This document shows, piece after piece, positions 41,001 to 54,199 of a DNA stretch of 64,000 nt. Origin of the DNA: the human T2T-CHM13v2.0 reference genome, Homo sapiens; assembly GCF_009914755.1 (NCBI RefSeq), contig NC_060926.1; one strand, written 5' to 3'. The position numbers and the translations under genes are program-made. How positions within the stretch are numbered: position 1 is the stretch's first letter; the number at the start of each line of letters is the position of its first letter. The notes under the pieces are model-generated. The model saw only the letters and a program-made list of their open reading frames with translations. It did not search any database and was not told where the DNA came from.

Positions 41001-44000
41001 TTGTATTTCCATGTGTTTGTATAGTTTCTAAAATTCCTGTTATTGATTTCTAGTTTTATTCCATTGTGGTCAGAGAAGATATTGATATAATTTCAATTTA
41101 AAAAAATTTTAAGACTTATTTTTTGGCCTAACATATGGTCTACCTATGAGAATGATCCATACGCTGAGGAAAAGAATGTGTATTCTGCAGACATTGGATG
41201 AAATGTTCTGTAAATATCTAATAGATCCATTTAATCTGTAGTGCAGATTAATTCTGATGTTTCTTTGTTGATTTTTCCACTTGGATGATCTCTCCAATGC
41301 TGAAAATGAGATGCTGGTGTTTTCAGCTGTTACTGTATTGGGGTCTACCTCTCTCTTTAGCTCTAATAACATGTGATTTATATATCTGAGTGCTACAGTA
41401 TTGGCTGTATATATATTTACAATTGTTATATTCTTTAGCTGAATTGACCCTTTTGTCATTATATAATGACCTTCTTTGTCCCTTTTGTAGTTTTTGTCAT
41501 CCTGAAATCTATTTTGTCTGATATAATTACTCCTGTTATTTTTTGGCTTTTGTTTGCATGGAATATCTTTTCCCACCCCTTTATTTACAGTCTGTGTGTG
41601 CCTTTATAAATGAAATGTGTTTCCTGTAGGCAACAGATTACTGGGTCTTTTTTTTTTTTCAATCCATTCAGCCACTCTGCATCTTTTGGTTGGAGAGTTT
41701 AGTCCATTTACATTCAACATTATTATTGATAAGTAGGAACTTACTCCTGTCATTTTGTTATTTGTTTACCGGTTGTTTTGTGGTCGTGTTTTCCTTTCTT
41801 TCTGTATTCCTTTTAGTGAAGGTGATTTTCTCTGGTGGTATGTTTTAGTTTCTTACTTTTTATTTATTGTGTATCTGTTGTATGTTTTTTGATTTGTGGT
41901 TACCATGAGGCTTGCAAATAATATATTTTATGCTGAAGACTACTTAAAAGTGATTGCATAAACAAACTAATAAACAACGAAGAGAAAACTAATAAAATTC
42001 TACGCTTTAATTTCATGCCTGAGCTTTTTAACTTTTTATTGTCTCTATATCTTATTGTACTGTGTATGTCTTGAAAAGTTGTTGTAGTTATTATTTTTGA
42101 TTGGATCATCTCTTAGTCTTTCTACTCAAGATATGAGTAGTTTACACACCACAATTTCAGTGTTATAATATTCTGTGCGTTTTTTTGTGTGTGTATTTAC
42201 TATTACTGATGAGTTTTGTATTGTCAGATGATCTTAGTCCTCTTTTAAGACTGAAGAATTCCCTTTAGCATTTCTTCTAGGATAAGCTTAGTGTTGAAAT
42301 CCCTCAGCTTTTGTTTGTCTGGAGAAGTCTTTATTTCTCCTTGATGTCTGAATGATGTTTTCACTGGATATACTGTTCTAGAATTTTTTTTTCCTTCAGC
42401 ACTGTAAATATGTCATTTCACTTTTTCCTGGCTTGTAAGGTTTCCACTCAAATGTTGGCTGCCAGGCATAGTGGGGCTCTATTATATTTTGTTTATTTTC
42501 TCTTGCTACTTTTAGGGTCCTTTATCTTTGACCTTTGGGAGTTTGATTCTTAAATGTCTTGAGGTAGTCTTATTTGGGTTAAATCTGCTTGGCATTCTAT
42601 AACCTTCTTGTACTTTAATATTGATACTTTCTCTAGGTTTGGGGAATTCCCTTTTATTATCCCTTTGAATAAACTTTTCTACCCTATATCTCTCTCTCCC
42701 ATCGCTTTAAGGCCTTGGATTAAACTCTTAGGTTTCCCTTCTTAAGGCTATTTTCTAGATCTTATATGTGAGCTTCATTCTTTTTTATTCTTTTATTTTA
42801 TGTTTTAGATGGCGTCTCACTGTCACTTAGGCTGGAATGCAGTGGCACGATCTTGGCTCACTGCAACCTCTGCCTCCCAGGCTCACTTGAACTTCTCACC
42901 TCAGCCTCCCAAGTAGCTAGGACTATGGGCATGCACCACCATGCCAGGCTAATATTTATACTTTTTGTAGAGATGGGGTTTCCCCATGCCACCCAGGCTG
43001 GTCTTGAACTCTTGGACTCAAGAAATCCACCCAGATTGGCCTCCCAAAGTGCTGGATTATAGGCATGAGCCACTGCCCCCACCCTTTTTTATTCTTTTAT
43101 TTGTTTGTTTCTTCTGTGTATTTCCAAACAGCCTGTCTTTAAGCTCACTAATTCTTTCTTCTGCTTCATTAATTCTACTGGTAGGAGACTCTGCTGCATT
43201 CTTCAGTGTGTCAGTTGCATTTTTCAACTTCACAATTTCTGCTTGATTTTTTTAAATTATTTTAATCTCACTGTTAAATTTATCTGATAGGATTCTGAAT
43301 TCCTTCTCTGTGTTATCTTGAACTTCACTGAGTTTCCTAAAAATAGCTATTTTGAATTCTCTGCCTCAAAGGTCATTTCTCTCTCTCCCCAGGATTGGTC
43401 CCTGGTGCCTTATTTAGCTCATTTGGTGAGATCATGCTTTCCCGGATTGTCTTAATGTTCATTAGTGTTTGGGTATTGAAGAGTTAAGTATATATTGTAG
43501 TCTTTGCAGTCTGGGCTTTTTTGTACCCATCCTTCTTATGAAGGCATTCAAAGGGACTTGGGTGTTGTGATCTAAGATTTGGACACTGAAACTGTATCTG
43601 CATTAGGGGACACCTCAAGCCCAGTAATACTGTGGTACACTGTGTCTCTTGCAGACTCATAGAGGTACGAACTTGGTGGTCTTGGATAAGATCTGGATAA
43701 ATTCTCTGGGTTACCAGGCAGAGATTCTTGTTCTCTTACTCTCTCCCAAACAGAGTTTTTCTCTGTGCTAAGCTGCCTGGATCTGGGTGGGGGTGGCGGG
43801 GAGTTGGGGGGATGAAACAAACACCCCTGTGTCCACCACCAATGGGGCTGTGCTTGGTCAGACCTGAAGTCAGCATGGTACTGGGTCTCACCCAAGGCCT
43901 GTGGTAACCATAGCCTGGCTACTGCCTATATTTGCTCAAAGCTCTAGGGTTCTAGAATCATCAGGTGGTGAAGCCAGCCTGACTTGTGTCCTTCCCTTCA

Positions 44001-45467
44001 TGGTGGTGAGTTAGTTCCCCCCACCCCAGGTGTGTCTAGAGATGCTGTCCGAGAGCCAGGGCCTGGAGTCAGAAACGTTAGGAATCTACCTGGTGCTGTG
44101 TTTTACTCTGGCTGATCTGGCATCCAACCCACAAGACAAAGTCCTTCCCTCCCTTCCCCTTTCCACAAGCAGAGGCAGTCTCTCCTTGTGACCACCACTG
44201 TCTCAGGCCTGCAGGAATACTGTCTGGGTACTGACAATGTTGACTCAAGGCCCAAGGGCTCTTTCAGCTTGTTGTGAATGCTGCCAGACCCAGGACCCTC
44301 CCTTCAGGGTAGTGGGCTCACCTATGGTCCAGGGCAGGTCCAGAAATGCTGTCCAAGAGCCAATGCCTGAAATTGGTGACCCTAAAAGCCCACTTGGTGC
44401 TCTACTCCACTGTTACCAAGGTAGTGCTTAAAGGTGAAAGACAAAGTTCCCTTTACTCTTTCCTCTCCTTTCCTCAAGCAGGAGGGTTCTCACCCCATAG
44501 CCACGACAGGTGGGAGTGTGCTGGATCATACCTGAAGTCAGCACAGCTCTGAGTCTCATCTAAGGCCCACAGTGAGAGGCCTGGCTACTACTGTTGTTTA
44601 TTCAGGGCCCAAGGGCTCTTTAGTCAGCAGATGATGAATTCTGCCAAGACTGGGTCTTTCCATTCACGTCAGCAGCTTTCCTCTGGCCAAGGATGTTGTC
44701 TAGCAATGTCATCTGGCTACCAGAGGCTGAAATAGAGGACTTAGGACTCTGCCGGGTGCCCTATCGTACTGTGGCTGAGCTGGTAACCAACTCTTCGTTA
44801 GCCTTTCATCTCTTCTCCTCAAGCAGAGGGAAGAAATCTGTCCTCGAGCTGTGAGCTGTGCTGCCTGGGATTGAGGGGAGGGCTGGTGCAAGCATTACCT
44901 TGGCTGCCCTGGCTGGTGTCTCAGTAGGTTGTGTGCCTCTCAAGTCCACTGGCTTTGAGTCCAGCTCAGCGCCGGGACTTGCCCAGTAGTTGAAGTCCTT
45001 GTGGCCTAGGTTGCCTTTCAAGTTTATTTAGAACCCTGGGCATGTTAGCCCACAAGATTAGCCTTGCCAGACTGGGAAGTGCAATTCCTCTGTGGCTGGG
45101 AATGGTCTAAAAGCTTCCTCCATGTGCATCAGCCGAGCTCCGCCCAGTGTTGCTTTCTGCTGTGATAGGGCAGCACTGAGTTCCAACGCAAAGTCCCACA
45201 GTCACTGCACTTTCCTTCCCGCAAGTGCATAGATTCTCTTCCCATGCCACGGTTCCACTGCTGGGGGGATGAGGGAGGAGTGGTGTTGGCAATTCAAGAC
45301 TCTTTCCTACTCTCTTTAGTGTCTCTTTCAGTGATAAGAAGTTAAAACCAGGTACTGTGATCTCTCATCTGATTTTTAGTTCTTTGTTTAATTGTTGTTT
45401 AATTTGGTTACTTCCGGGAGGACGATTGGTGGAGCTTTCTATTCTGCTATCTTGCCCTGCCTCCCTT
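38012..45467 (-). mobile_element. Near full-length decayed L1MA (L1M2-type 5' end); distal 3' UTR missing
   Basis: ORF2 fragments 39330-39545, 39970-40393, 40788-40985, 41109-41576; long inter-ORF spacer; GC-richer 5' UTR 43550-45467 ending TTCTGCTATCTTGCCCTGCCTCCC. Confidence 0.9.
42799..43083 (-). mobile_element. AluJ (Jb-like) inserted in L1MA ORF1
   Basis: J diagnostics (CAGGCTCA, TTTTGTAGAGA, GGACTCAAG); 19-bp TSD CTTTTTTATTCTTTTATTT at 42780-42798 and 43084-43102. Confidence 0.92.
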
Positions 45468-46320
45468 CGAATGAGGAAGCTCCTATATTTTTTCATTGCC
45501 ATTTCAAGTGAGATATAGTCTACCATTATATTTTCTAATGGTTTTTACTGGGATACCTTTGGATTTTTACAGGAAGATAAAAACTCCTCAAATCTTTCTT
45601 TCTTTGATTGTTCCATTAATGTCAAAATCTACTTTTATTTTGCCATTTTCAGTTCACAAAAGAAAACTCTTACAGGTAGTGACTGACATTTATCTTGTTT
45701 AAGGATTAACCTCTTAACACTGTTCTCTTGGCCTGTTACCTTGACATAAGTGCTGGTCAATAGAGATACTTTAAAGAGTTATCAATGTCAATGTTGGCTT
45801 GTTAGCTGATTATGCTGTAATGAAATGTCTGGCTCTTTACCTCAAAAGGCTTCTAATCACAAAACTAAGGCCATTTCAGAACTCTTTTGAAATTATATAG
45901 CCTCTGCCCTGGAATGAGTTCATTCCTTAGTGAAGATAGTATTAAGGCCTTCTGGATGCATAATTTGGTGCCAGAGTGGAGAATCTTGCCTATTTGTTAA
46001 TTCCATTCTCACCTTTTAACTCAGTCCACAGAACAGTGCTCTGTCCATCAAAACCCATAGTATATCGTATTAAACCATTAAGTCTCTGACTTTGTTTCCT
46101 TAAAGTTGAGTTTCTGCCCAGGCTCTTATTTCGTGGCCCAGTTTCTCTAAAACTGGGGGTTCACTTTAAGTCCATTAGTTTTTCCAGAATCCATTACTGT
46201 TTCTGAATCTATGTCTCCACCATTGGTTGCCACGTGCTGGGTGTCTTTGAGATCCTAGTTTGCTGCTACTATATTTTCTTAATGTCATGCCTCACCCACT
46301 TATCTCATCTTAGTGAAATG

Positions 46321-46702
46321 CAATTGTTCTCAATACTATACAGTAAAATAACTGGAGAGGCAGAGTTTCCAGATAGAGTAAGATCTCCCAGTTAAGTTTA
46401 AATTTCAGAAAAGCAACAAATAATTTTTTTAGTATGTCTCATGCAATATTTGGGACATACTAAAAAATTTGTTGTTTATCTGAAATTCAGATTTAATTGG
46501 ACATTTTGTATTTTTCTTTATAGAATCTAGCAACTCTACTTGGGAAACATTTGAAAAAGACCCATTCTTAAGCTCCACCACCTACTGTCATGTGCAAAGA
46601 TTTTTTATTTGATTTGCCTATGGTGGGTCCTGAGCCAAGAATTTATATTAAACACTCCCTATGCACTATTAATGTGTGGCCAGGATTGAAACCACTGCTC
46701 TA
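46321..46702. mobile_element. MER5-like MITE interrupted by MER53
   Basis: TTGTTCTCAA at the left end; GCCAGGATTGAAACCACTGCTCTA at the right end. Confidence 0.55.
46361..46538. mobile_element. MER53 palindromic MITE
   Basis: Long inverted repeat: CCAGTTAAGTTTAAATTTCAGA..TAGTATGTCTCA / TGGGACATACTA..TCTGAAATTCAGATTTAATTGG. Confidence 0.88.
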
Positions 46703-47692
46703 ATTGCTCTAATTGGACTGAAATATATCCCACATACCAGATTCACCACAGTGGTCCCATCCACTCTAGATCCTGACTATTCCTGGCTATTTATCTATTC
46801 ATCCATCCATTCATTAAATACATTAGTGCCAGCCCTAAGTCAGGTATATGGCTTTTGAGGCTTTGGGTTAATTTTCTGCACATATTCTATATGAAATAAT
46901 ATAGCAGTTTAGTAAAATTAACCCTCCCCAGAAGTGAAGAAAAACTTCTGCATTTTGGCAGAGGAGAAAAAAACAATCATGACTTCTATAGGTTCTACAA
47001 CCTTCCAACTCATTTTTAATTCCATTTAATTAATTACTTAAAGACAATAGCTTATTAAATGTTTCCAATTATAAGTAAATCAGATGGAAATGCTCTATCT
47101 TGGTCATAGTAGATTTAGTCTTAAATTCCTATGGGCAGTCTTTGATGCAAAGTAATTACCCTTAAAGCACTTTGCCAATTAGACACATGTTATTTATAAG
47201 AGATTCTCCTATGCAGTGTGTAAGTGGTCATTTGTCATCTTGCCAGTGGGAAGAAATTAATCGCAACCTTGAATAATGACTGGCTCTCTTGTGCCTACCA
47301 TAGATATAGTGCTACAGTGTTATTACAGTGGAATGCAGATGACAACATACAATTTTGCTTGGATGCTTAAGCAACTCTGCATCTTTCCGAGGGACTCTTC
47401 GCAGGTTTATGTAAAATTTTCCCAAAAACAATAATTTGTAAATTTTATGATCACAATAAGCATGTTCTTTCACTTTCTAATCTCTTGCAGTAAAAATACT
47501 GAAGGGACTGTAAAAGAATTCTTAAGAACTTTGTCAAGTATTCTATAACGCAATGTCAACTTCAATATAATTTCCTGCAATTAGTTGGTCGCCTTTTGGA
47601 AAAGATTTATATGCATTTTAGAAGGCTTTATGCATTTCAGCTTAGAAAACTTGATACATTTCAGAACATAATAGTTTATCACATATGAGTTT

Positions 47693-47743
47693 ATAAATAT
47701 ATGCACACCTACTGTGTACTCACAAAAACTAAAAATTTAAAAA
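47693..47743 (+). mobile_element. Very short L1MA 3' tip
   Basis: ATAAATATATGCACACCTACTGTGTACTCACAAAAACTAAAAATTTAAAAA. Confidence 0.6.
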
Positions 47744-48339
47744 GTTTGTGGTTATGAACCTAATCTTTCATTTTTCACATATTGCCCCATTTGGGAAAAT
47801 TAGACTTGATTTATAATATTTTGACAGGTGGAACTTTTTAAAAAAAATAGACCCATAATGTGAGGATGACTTTTATTCTATTTATGCCAGAACACTAGTC
47901 CTGCAATTATGCAGCTTTCTGAAATAGTATACTAGTTTTTTGCATAAATGCAATAGCAATAATAACAAATCCAGAGATTCATTAAGACTATCATAGAGTT
48001 AGAGGTTGTTGCTAGTGGTGGAGTTATACAATATAAAATTATCACTATAACACACACAAAAATCTGCAAGGAGAAGAACACAAGAGAAAATTTCAGGAGC
48101 AGTTCTCTTTATAGCTGTTACTATTTTCATCAGTTCAACTCTTGGATGTTTTCAGAATTGCACCTGTGTCCTGATACCTGCATGGGAGTGGTTGAGCTCA
48201 GTGGGTGGTGTGCAGCCTCTAGGGTCAGTTAGGTCCTCCCGCTGGCTCTGCACTGACTGGCCACATAAGCCTCACAAAGTAGGGACCCTCTTTATTTCTC
48301 AAGTTTTTCCATTTGAAATATAGGGATAATAATATCTGA

Positions 48340-48667
<328 letters not shown>

Positions 48668-49104
48668 ATGGTTTTTTTTAATTTTATTTTTAATTTTTAT
48701 TTTTTTTTAATGAGAGTTGAAGGAGTTAATGTGTGTCACGTGTCTAGCAGTGGCTAGTACTGAATTAAGGTGAACTATTGATATCAGTATTGTTTATGAT
48801 ACAGTAATAAAGCAAAAGTTACTGGAGTACCTTAGCATAAATTACTAATTGTTTATATCAGTAATTTAACCCATCAAATTTCCTTATGTACTCCCTCCCT
48901 TAAGAAAAGTCTTAATTCTTTTCTTTTTCTATATAAAAATGAACCCCTTCAGTGACCATTTCCATGTCACCACTTTGTTTTACTTTTGTATCCTCCCAGT
49001 TGCATCTCAGTGGCTTCTGTTTATCGTGGTTTTTCTCTGTTTTCTTAAACATACAGTAAGAAGTCATACTTCACTATCACAGCTCTGATCTTCCAGTCAG
49101 CGTT

Positions 49105-49362
49105 GATAGTATGCAGCACTTATATAACGTTCACTACATGCCAGGCACTTTCCTAAGGGATCTGGGCATATTAACCCATTTCATCTTTGCAGGAACACCA
49201 TGAGATAGGTGCTATAATTCTCCCCATTTTACTGATTAGAAAACTGAGGCACAGAGAAAGTAAATAATTTGATCATGATCACACAGCATAGCAGAGGCAG
49301 GATGTGAACTAAAGTAGTCTGGCTCCAGAATATATGCCCTTAACCATTACTGTATACTGCCC
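49105..49362 (-). mobile_element. MIR (well preserved)
   Basis: TGCCAGGCACT...CCCCATTTTAC..GAAAACTGAGGCACAGAGA...TCTGGCTCCAGA..CTTAACCAT. Confidence 0.9.
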
Positions 49363-49511
49363 CTTTGGAGAAATATTAGGAGTTAGAAAACTGCAATACA
49401 GTGATGCTTAGACTCATAGGATTCACCCTACAGAGTGAAAACTCAGGCATCATGATTTTTCAAAGGTCACAGCAGGTTGAGCATCCGTGCTTCCTATGAC
49501 TATAAAACATG

Positions 49512-49821
49512 TTGCAGGAACATGGATGGAGCTGGAGGCCATTATCCTTAGCAAACTAACACAGGAACAGAAAAACACTGCATATTCTCATTTATAAGTG
49601 AGAGTTAAATGATGAGGACACATGGTCACATAGAGGGGAACAACACGCACTGGACCCTTTCAGAGGCTGGAGGGTGGGAGGAGAGAGAGAATCAGGAAAA
49701 ATAACAAATGAGTATTAGGTTTAATATTTGGGTGATGAAATATTTTGTACAACAAACCCCCATGATACAAGTTTACCTGAACTTAAACTTGCACACATAC
49801 CCCTGAACTTAAAAAAAAAAA
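49512..49821 (+). mobile_element. L1PA13-15-like 3' UTR fragment
   Basis: GGAACATGGATGGAGCTGGAGGCCATTATCC...CCCCTGAACTT followed by an A-tail. Confidence 0.9.
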
Positions 49822-51989
49822 GTTTCTGTATCCCAGGTTTCGTTTGTCTCCAGTAAAATGGAGAGCCCTGGTCAACTGACCTGAAAGGGTCTGACATTTT
49901 GCCTATGGTTTTGTTCTGTTGCATCCTTCATCAATTCTAGAAGGCCCTCATATTGTCTTTGTTCTTATTAGCCATGTTGTGTGTGTGTAGTTTTTAAAAA
50001 ATCATTTTGATGCTGGTGAGTTTCTTGATGAACAGAACCAATGTCTGTACTTGGCTTTAAATCATCTTCAGAAAGACACAGGCACTCTGGTAATCTGCTC
50101 TTATTGAATTGAAAAACCTTTGGGAAAGGATGTTTGTGAGAAATGTCTACGTTCTGGTTTGTCCACAGGAGATGAGTTAGGAATTTTGAGTTCATTCTTC
50201 TGGAACTTATGGAACCCTGGCTTAGTGGAACCCCCACCAAAGTGTAAGGAATGAAGCATGTGGTAGCCTCATTCACAAACGTACCGATTTTCTGTAATCA
50301 CTAACCGCAGGAAGCATGATTTTTGCCTAATTTCTTTTCACATTGTACCCAAACAGAGTGCCCTCATTAATTAAGAACAAGATTTTTTCATTTGCGTCTT
50401 TAGGTCCTGGCTTCTTTTGGGCTGGGGCTTATATACACTTGGAATTTGTTGGCTAGAGTTTTAAAACAGACGGTCACATGCTTTTTTTTTTTCTCTCTCT
50501 CTCTTAGAAACTTGCTTGATTGTTTGTCTTCTAGTTCTCATGGTAACCAAAGAAGGTTGTTAACACTTTTTTCTCACCAAGTAAAATCAGCAGAGCTGTC
50601 AGACAGTTGCAGCTGTTTGATAAAGGCTTGACCTTTTGCTGTATTTTTCTGTTTTCTGTTGATGAGCTCTTATTACATTGAACCTTGTTTTTAGTGACAC
50701 GTAGTAAGAAAAAGAACCTAAAGGGCATTTTTTTTGCATGTAGCCTATTTAGTAATGTGGCATTGCTATCAGATAATAAAGATATTCCTACAATATAAGA
50801 TCCTTGGTAATGAAAGCCAATGTTATATATGGCTCACAAAGATAAAACATGCCTGGGACCATTTAGGTTACCTTCACATGCTACAGATTTATCATCTCAG
50901 TTTCTGAAAATATTTAGTTGCATTATATTTTCAGTCAGATGAGATATGGAGTCAGTCACTTAAAAAGGATCTGGCTTAGGTACCAGTGGTCAAATGTAAA
51001 ATTTTACTAGTTGTATATTTGCAGTGTGTTCACCATTATTTCTTGAAATGAAGTTTCACCTGCCACTGAATGGCTGGGCATAGATTCTAGGAAGAGCTCC
51101 TTATGGTTCCACATGAATAAGCATGTAAAGTTGTTGGATCCTGGGAGCCTACATTTAAATATGTTCATTATTAGTATCTAAATAAAAATCAAGAATTTAC
51201 TGGGAATCTCTCAATTTTATTGTATTATCTTTTCCTGTAGCCATTAAGCATGGAGACTAGGCATGATTGGAGAATCACCGCTGTTGACAGATGATAAAAA
51301 TAGTGCTGCAACATAGCTAATGTCATGGGAAATCTTAAAACAGAATGGTCATTTGGAATAAGAGAAAATTCCTTGTGTGCTCAATCCCATTTTTGGACTG
51401 GTAATTGTTGCCACTCTTAGATTATCTACCACAGCCAACGTCCTTTTTGTTGTTGCTGTTGTTCTGGATAATCTTGTAACTTGCTTTGTTAAAAGAAAAG
51501 AATTATATTGTAAATTTGTGAGTGAAATCAGATTTGTTTTTGTTCCCAAATCAGATGTCTATAGATGAGACAGACCAAAACAGCAAGAAATAAATATATC
51601 CATTCTCCATGGTTATCTGAAAATATTGAAAGTGACGTTGGATGAACTGTTTCCAAGGTGACTTGATGAAGCATGAAACACTTTTTGGAGTGCTTTCCTT
51701 GAACTGGGGGATACTATTTAAAGTCTCTCTACTGATATGATATTCTGCATAATCTATTATCACAAATAATAAGTTCTATGATGATATATAGGGTGATTGT
51801 TACTGTGGAGTGGTACATCAAATCTAGATGGAATTTTTTTGACTGACCTGGTGTACATTGTGATTGTCTAGGTTGTGTCTATTGGAGGATATTTGCTATC
51901 ATTTTATCACTTCATGTCACTTTGGGAGTTTACTTAAACCGAGCAGATGTTTTCAAGTTTTATGAAGACAGAATTGCAAAATGATTATA

Positions 51990-52212
51990 AGCTTGAGCTT
52001 TGGAGTCAGATAGACTTGAATTCAAACTCTGGTTCTGCCTCTTAGTGTGATTTTTGGCAAGTACTTAAGTTCTCTAAGATTCAAGTTCTTACATGTAAAA
52101 TGAAGTAGAAATTATACTTCTTTTAGAAGGGTTTTATTAGGATCGAGGATCTAACCCAAGTAAAGGGCTTAGTCATTGCCTGTTTGTTGGCAAGGATTCA
52201 ATAAATGTTGGC
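51990..52212 (+). mobile_element. MIR
   Basis: GCTTTGGAGTCAGATAGAC...TGTAAAATG...TCAATAAATGTTGGCT. Confidence 0.8.
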
Positions 52213-52289
52213 TGAAGTGACTGTAATGAAGAGAGTTAGAACTCAGCTTATCTGGTCTTTTCATCTTTCAGCATGAAAGATGGTGCTGG

Positions 52290-52757
52290 TGTTAACGAAA
52301 AATTTATTCGTTTGCTAAAGACATTTGCTTAAAGACAGTATGAAGATTTTATTCAACAAGGAGATTACTGACTGCAGTGGGATTTTGCAGTAGGGAGAAG
52401 ATACTCAGCTCAACTCTGAATAGAGAAAGGACAAGTGGAAATTTATCACCAAGGAGGAGAGTGGGGATCAGTGGATAGAAAATTATTAAGAGGAAACAGC
52501 AAGTCTATACGGGGATTCTTGCTAGACTGACTCAACTGTATTCTTGCTGAATAAAGGCCAGGGTGATAAGATAGAAAAGGTGGGGAATGAAGAATTTGAT
52601 TAGCTATCAAGAATGGGAGATTTTTGCTAAACTGACCCAGAAGGATTCTTGCTAAAACTAGGCTAAGTTGACAAGGAGCCCAAGTTCAAGGCCTGGTAGA
52701 GAGAAGAGGGCTCAGAGGGGCCTGACTCAAGTTTGGTCAAGTAGAGAGTCTTTGTCA
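52290..52757 (-). mobile_element. MER31 ERV1 solo LTR
   Basis: Minus strand begins TGACAAAGACTCTCTACTTGACCAAAC and ends TTAACA; perfect 4-bp TSD CTGG (52286-52289, 52758-52761). Confidence 0.9.
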
Positions 52758-52799
52758 CTGGCATAAGGGACATATATACCATATAGGACATAAACACCG

Positions 52800-53050
52800 A
52801 CTAACATTTATTGAGTACCTTATGAATATCAGGCACTGTATCAAACACTTAGCAAATGTTAATTGTTGTATTCCATGCTTTCAACAACACGAAAGAGCAG
52901 GTACTATCAGTCTTATTTTACAAACAGGGAAATTGAGGTTCAGAATGGTGAAAGAGCTACCCAGGTAGACTACCCAGGTAGACTGACAAAGCTAGAATTT
53001 AAATCCAGAGTTTTCTGATTTTATTAACCAGCATTGATGTACACTGTTCT
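52800..53050 (-). mobile_element. MIR
   Basis: CTAACATTTATTGAGTACC...ATTTTACAAAC..GAAATTGAGGTTCAGA; internal 13-bp tandem duplication CTACCCAGGTAGA. Confidence 0.8.
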
Positions 53051-54199
53051 GTCTTGCACACATATGGTTGTATGGATAGATGTAATCTCACCTTCAATGT
53101 TTAGCAAATATTTACAGTGAATGAATTAATGAATACTTGTAAGAATGGCAAGTTACAATAGCTTTCAATAGGTTCAGAGGAATATTTAAGTGCTGCAAAA
53201 ATTAACTTAAAATACCAAGATCAAGGCATAGACCACTTTTCAATCTCATTACCCCGAGTACCATAATGGCAGAAACTACAAGGTTTCATGCTTCTTTCAA
53301 ATTATCGAATTGCCTTGGAGCTCAGGGCTTTAGTATTTCCAGGTGCTGGTCATCTGCTTTTGACTTGTATGAATCTGAGACTCATTTATCTTTGTTATGG
53401 CCACAATTCACCTTGAAAGACAATGGGGGCATCTCCTTGAATAAGAGAAATGGAAATGTGCTTGGAGATGTGAGTCTGGCTGTGAGTGTGTGTGTGCACA
53501 AGCACTTTTAAACAGTGATAACAGGTTTGGCACATGTAAGTATATGAGTCATTGAGAAAACATCCTGGATGTTTTTCCCTCTTCCCTCTATGGTATTCTG
53601 TGGATACATATTTATCCTTTCAGCCATTTTCCTCTTCTTTTACAGATATCCTTGATCACCTCCTGGGGCACCATTTGAAAAAGTGTGGTCTGGTGCTGCA
53701 TTTTATGTGCAGCAAAGAACCTTAGAATAATGATTTGAAATAGACACAATGTGCAGTTTTCAAGAGAGGGACTTTGAAGTGTTATTTCCAGAGTTACGGT
53801 CAAATCTCTTAAATCGAGTTTTATTTTAACTTATTTTAAAGCTGGACTTTGAGACTCAATGCTTTGGTGAGTGATAGTGGCATTTCCCTGGACTGAATGT
53901 GCCATATTTTAATTTAAGACTCTTTTGTGGATAACTTTAATCTTTGTTATAACATAGGAGAAACAAAATAATTTCTTAACTCAGTGGAAGTTACAGAAGA
54001 ATACTTTAGGTAGAGTTCAAAAATTCTCACTGGGGAATATAGGGTTTGGATTTCTCTCGTTCTTAAGCATTCTCCCAAAATTTGGTATAGAGCCTGATTC
54101 ACAGTAGATACTCAATAAATACTTGTTGATTCAATGAATAAATGATTTTGGCTGTAAGTAAAATGTCCCTGAGCCTATGACAGGGAAAGCTTTGATTTT

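Noticed and set aside
43785-43812. G-run cluster (possible G-quadruplex); similar G-rich tract at 2247-2314
   Set aside because: Low-complexity expansions with no contextual evidence of function
52958-52983. 13-bp tandem duplication in a MIR
   Set aside because: A common slippage or repair event in neutral sequence
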